DNA from: Octopus sinensis
Taxonomy: Eukaryota
Length of the DNA: 64,000 nucleotides
Reading direction: 5' to 3'
Assembly (NCBI RefSeq): GCF_006345805.1
Contig: NC_042997.1
Coordinates: 4,774,001 to 4,838,000, forward strand
The first letter of the stretch is position 1. Every line of letters begins with the position of its first letter. This document shows positions 63,232-64,000 of the stretch, piece after piece. The translations under genes were made by a program, and so were the position numbers. The notes under the pieces are model-generated. The model saw only the letters and a program-made list of their open reading frames with translations, did no database searches and was not told where the DNA came from.

Positions 63232-63986
63232 TACAAGAACTAAAAGATACCCTAATCACCAGGAACTATCCACCTTCACTTATTGACAAATGCATTCTAC
63301 GTGCCCTTCAACTTAACATCAAGGAACTGAGACATCCCAAATCAAAGAAAAACTTACAACCAAAAGCCTTACCATACATCTCCACACACAACCCTCTCAA
63401 TAACGAAGCCTTCGACACCATCCTCCACAACATACCCCTCCTAAAAAAAGACCACAGAATGAACACAATCCTCCAAACACACACGATCATAAAAAGCAAA
63501 AGACAGCCTAGATCCATGAAAAGTCTCCTTACACAAGCCCGAATTCACTCTTCAACACAGAAGCCGACAGTAAAAAAATGTGGAAGACCCAATTGCGGGA
63601 TATGCGACTATCTAATCGAGGGTTCTGAGTTCTCCTTCAAACAGGGACAACGTTTTACAGTGAAAAGCAACTTCACATGTGCTTCGGAGAACCTAATATA
63701 CTCACTAACCTGCTCCGGGTGTCAAGAGCAGTACATAGGCCAAACAAAAAATGGTTTGCGTAAACGAATGGCCCTGCACAGATCCCAGATAAAAATTCCC
63801 CAAAACAGAAAAATAGCTTTTAGCCAACACATAGATACTTGCGCCAACAAAAAAACACCAAACTTCAGAATGTTCCCCCTCTACCAATTTAGGGACGATA
63901 CAACCTCGAGACAACGAATAAGTAAAGAAAATCTCTTTATTACAAAATACAAGCCACTTCTTAACGGGTCTACGACAAACAATTAA
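63232..63986 (+). CDS. Neptune-type PLE C-terminus: RT thumb end, Cys linker and GIY-YIG endonuclease (5'-truncated)
   Basis: RNYPPSLI...LPYISTHNP...KRQPRSMKSLL...CGRPNCGIC...FTCASENLIYSLTCSGCQEQYIGQT...RMALH...SQH...E..FI....PLLN. The frame is uninterrupted. Confidence 0.9.
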
Positions 63987-64000
63987 TATACCTCAACTTT

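Larger units (their letters stand above)
62221..64000 (+). mobile_element. Neptune-clade Penelope-like element: 5'-truncated + strand copy (63232 onward) with an inverted 3' arm (62221-63231)
   Basis: 63052-63231 is the reverse complement of 63821-64000. The left arm carries the 3' UTR/pLTR with (GAA/GAT)n and an HHR, and abuts (TA)n. Confidence 0.9.

Overview
AT-rich, repeat-saturated eukaryotic non-coding DNA. No host gene could be supported. The tRNA-derived SINE families and microsatellite content look like Octopus (coleoid cephalopod), which is an inference from recalled sequence motifs. The window is dominated by transposable elements: Penelope-like elements (a young Hydra-type copy at 2093-7056 with 1.68-kb inverted arms, a Neptune-type copy at 62221-64000, and several relics), R4/Dong-type and CR1 LINE fragments, a decayed Gypsy LTR element, a deleted Tc1/mariner, Helitron-like termini and about 16 SINE insertions. 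The main discovery is a set of type I hammerhead ribozyme (HHR) motifs from six different element families, each with its own palindromic helix III, mostly in or beside (TA)n tracts and often capped by a 5' inverted duplication. The best candidate for an undescribed system is a non-coding, retrozyme-like tandem array of three 555-bp monomers (17253-18904), each carrying an intact HHR and predicted to yield a 555-nt circular RNA. A tRNA-promoter/hammerhead hybrid element (19879-20260) and two core-variant ribozymes (CUGUUGA; U3-A8) are also notable. All folds were worked out by eye. The sequence has many 1-bp indels that may be assembly errors.
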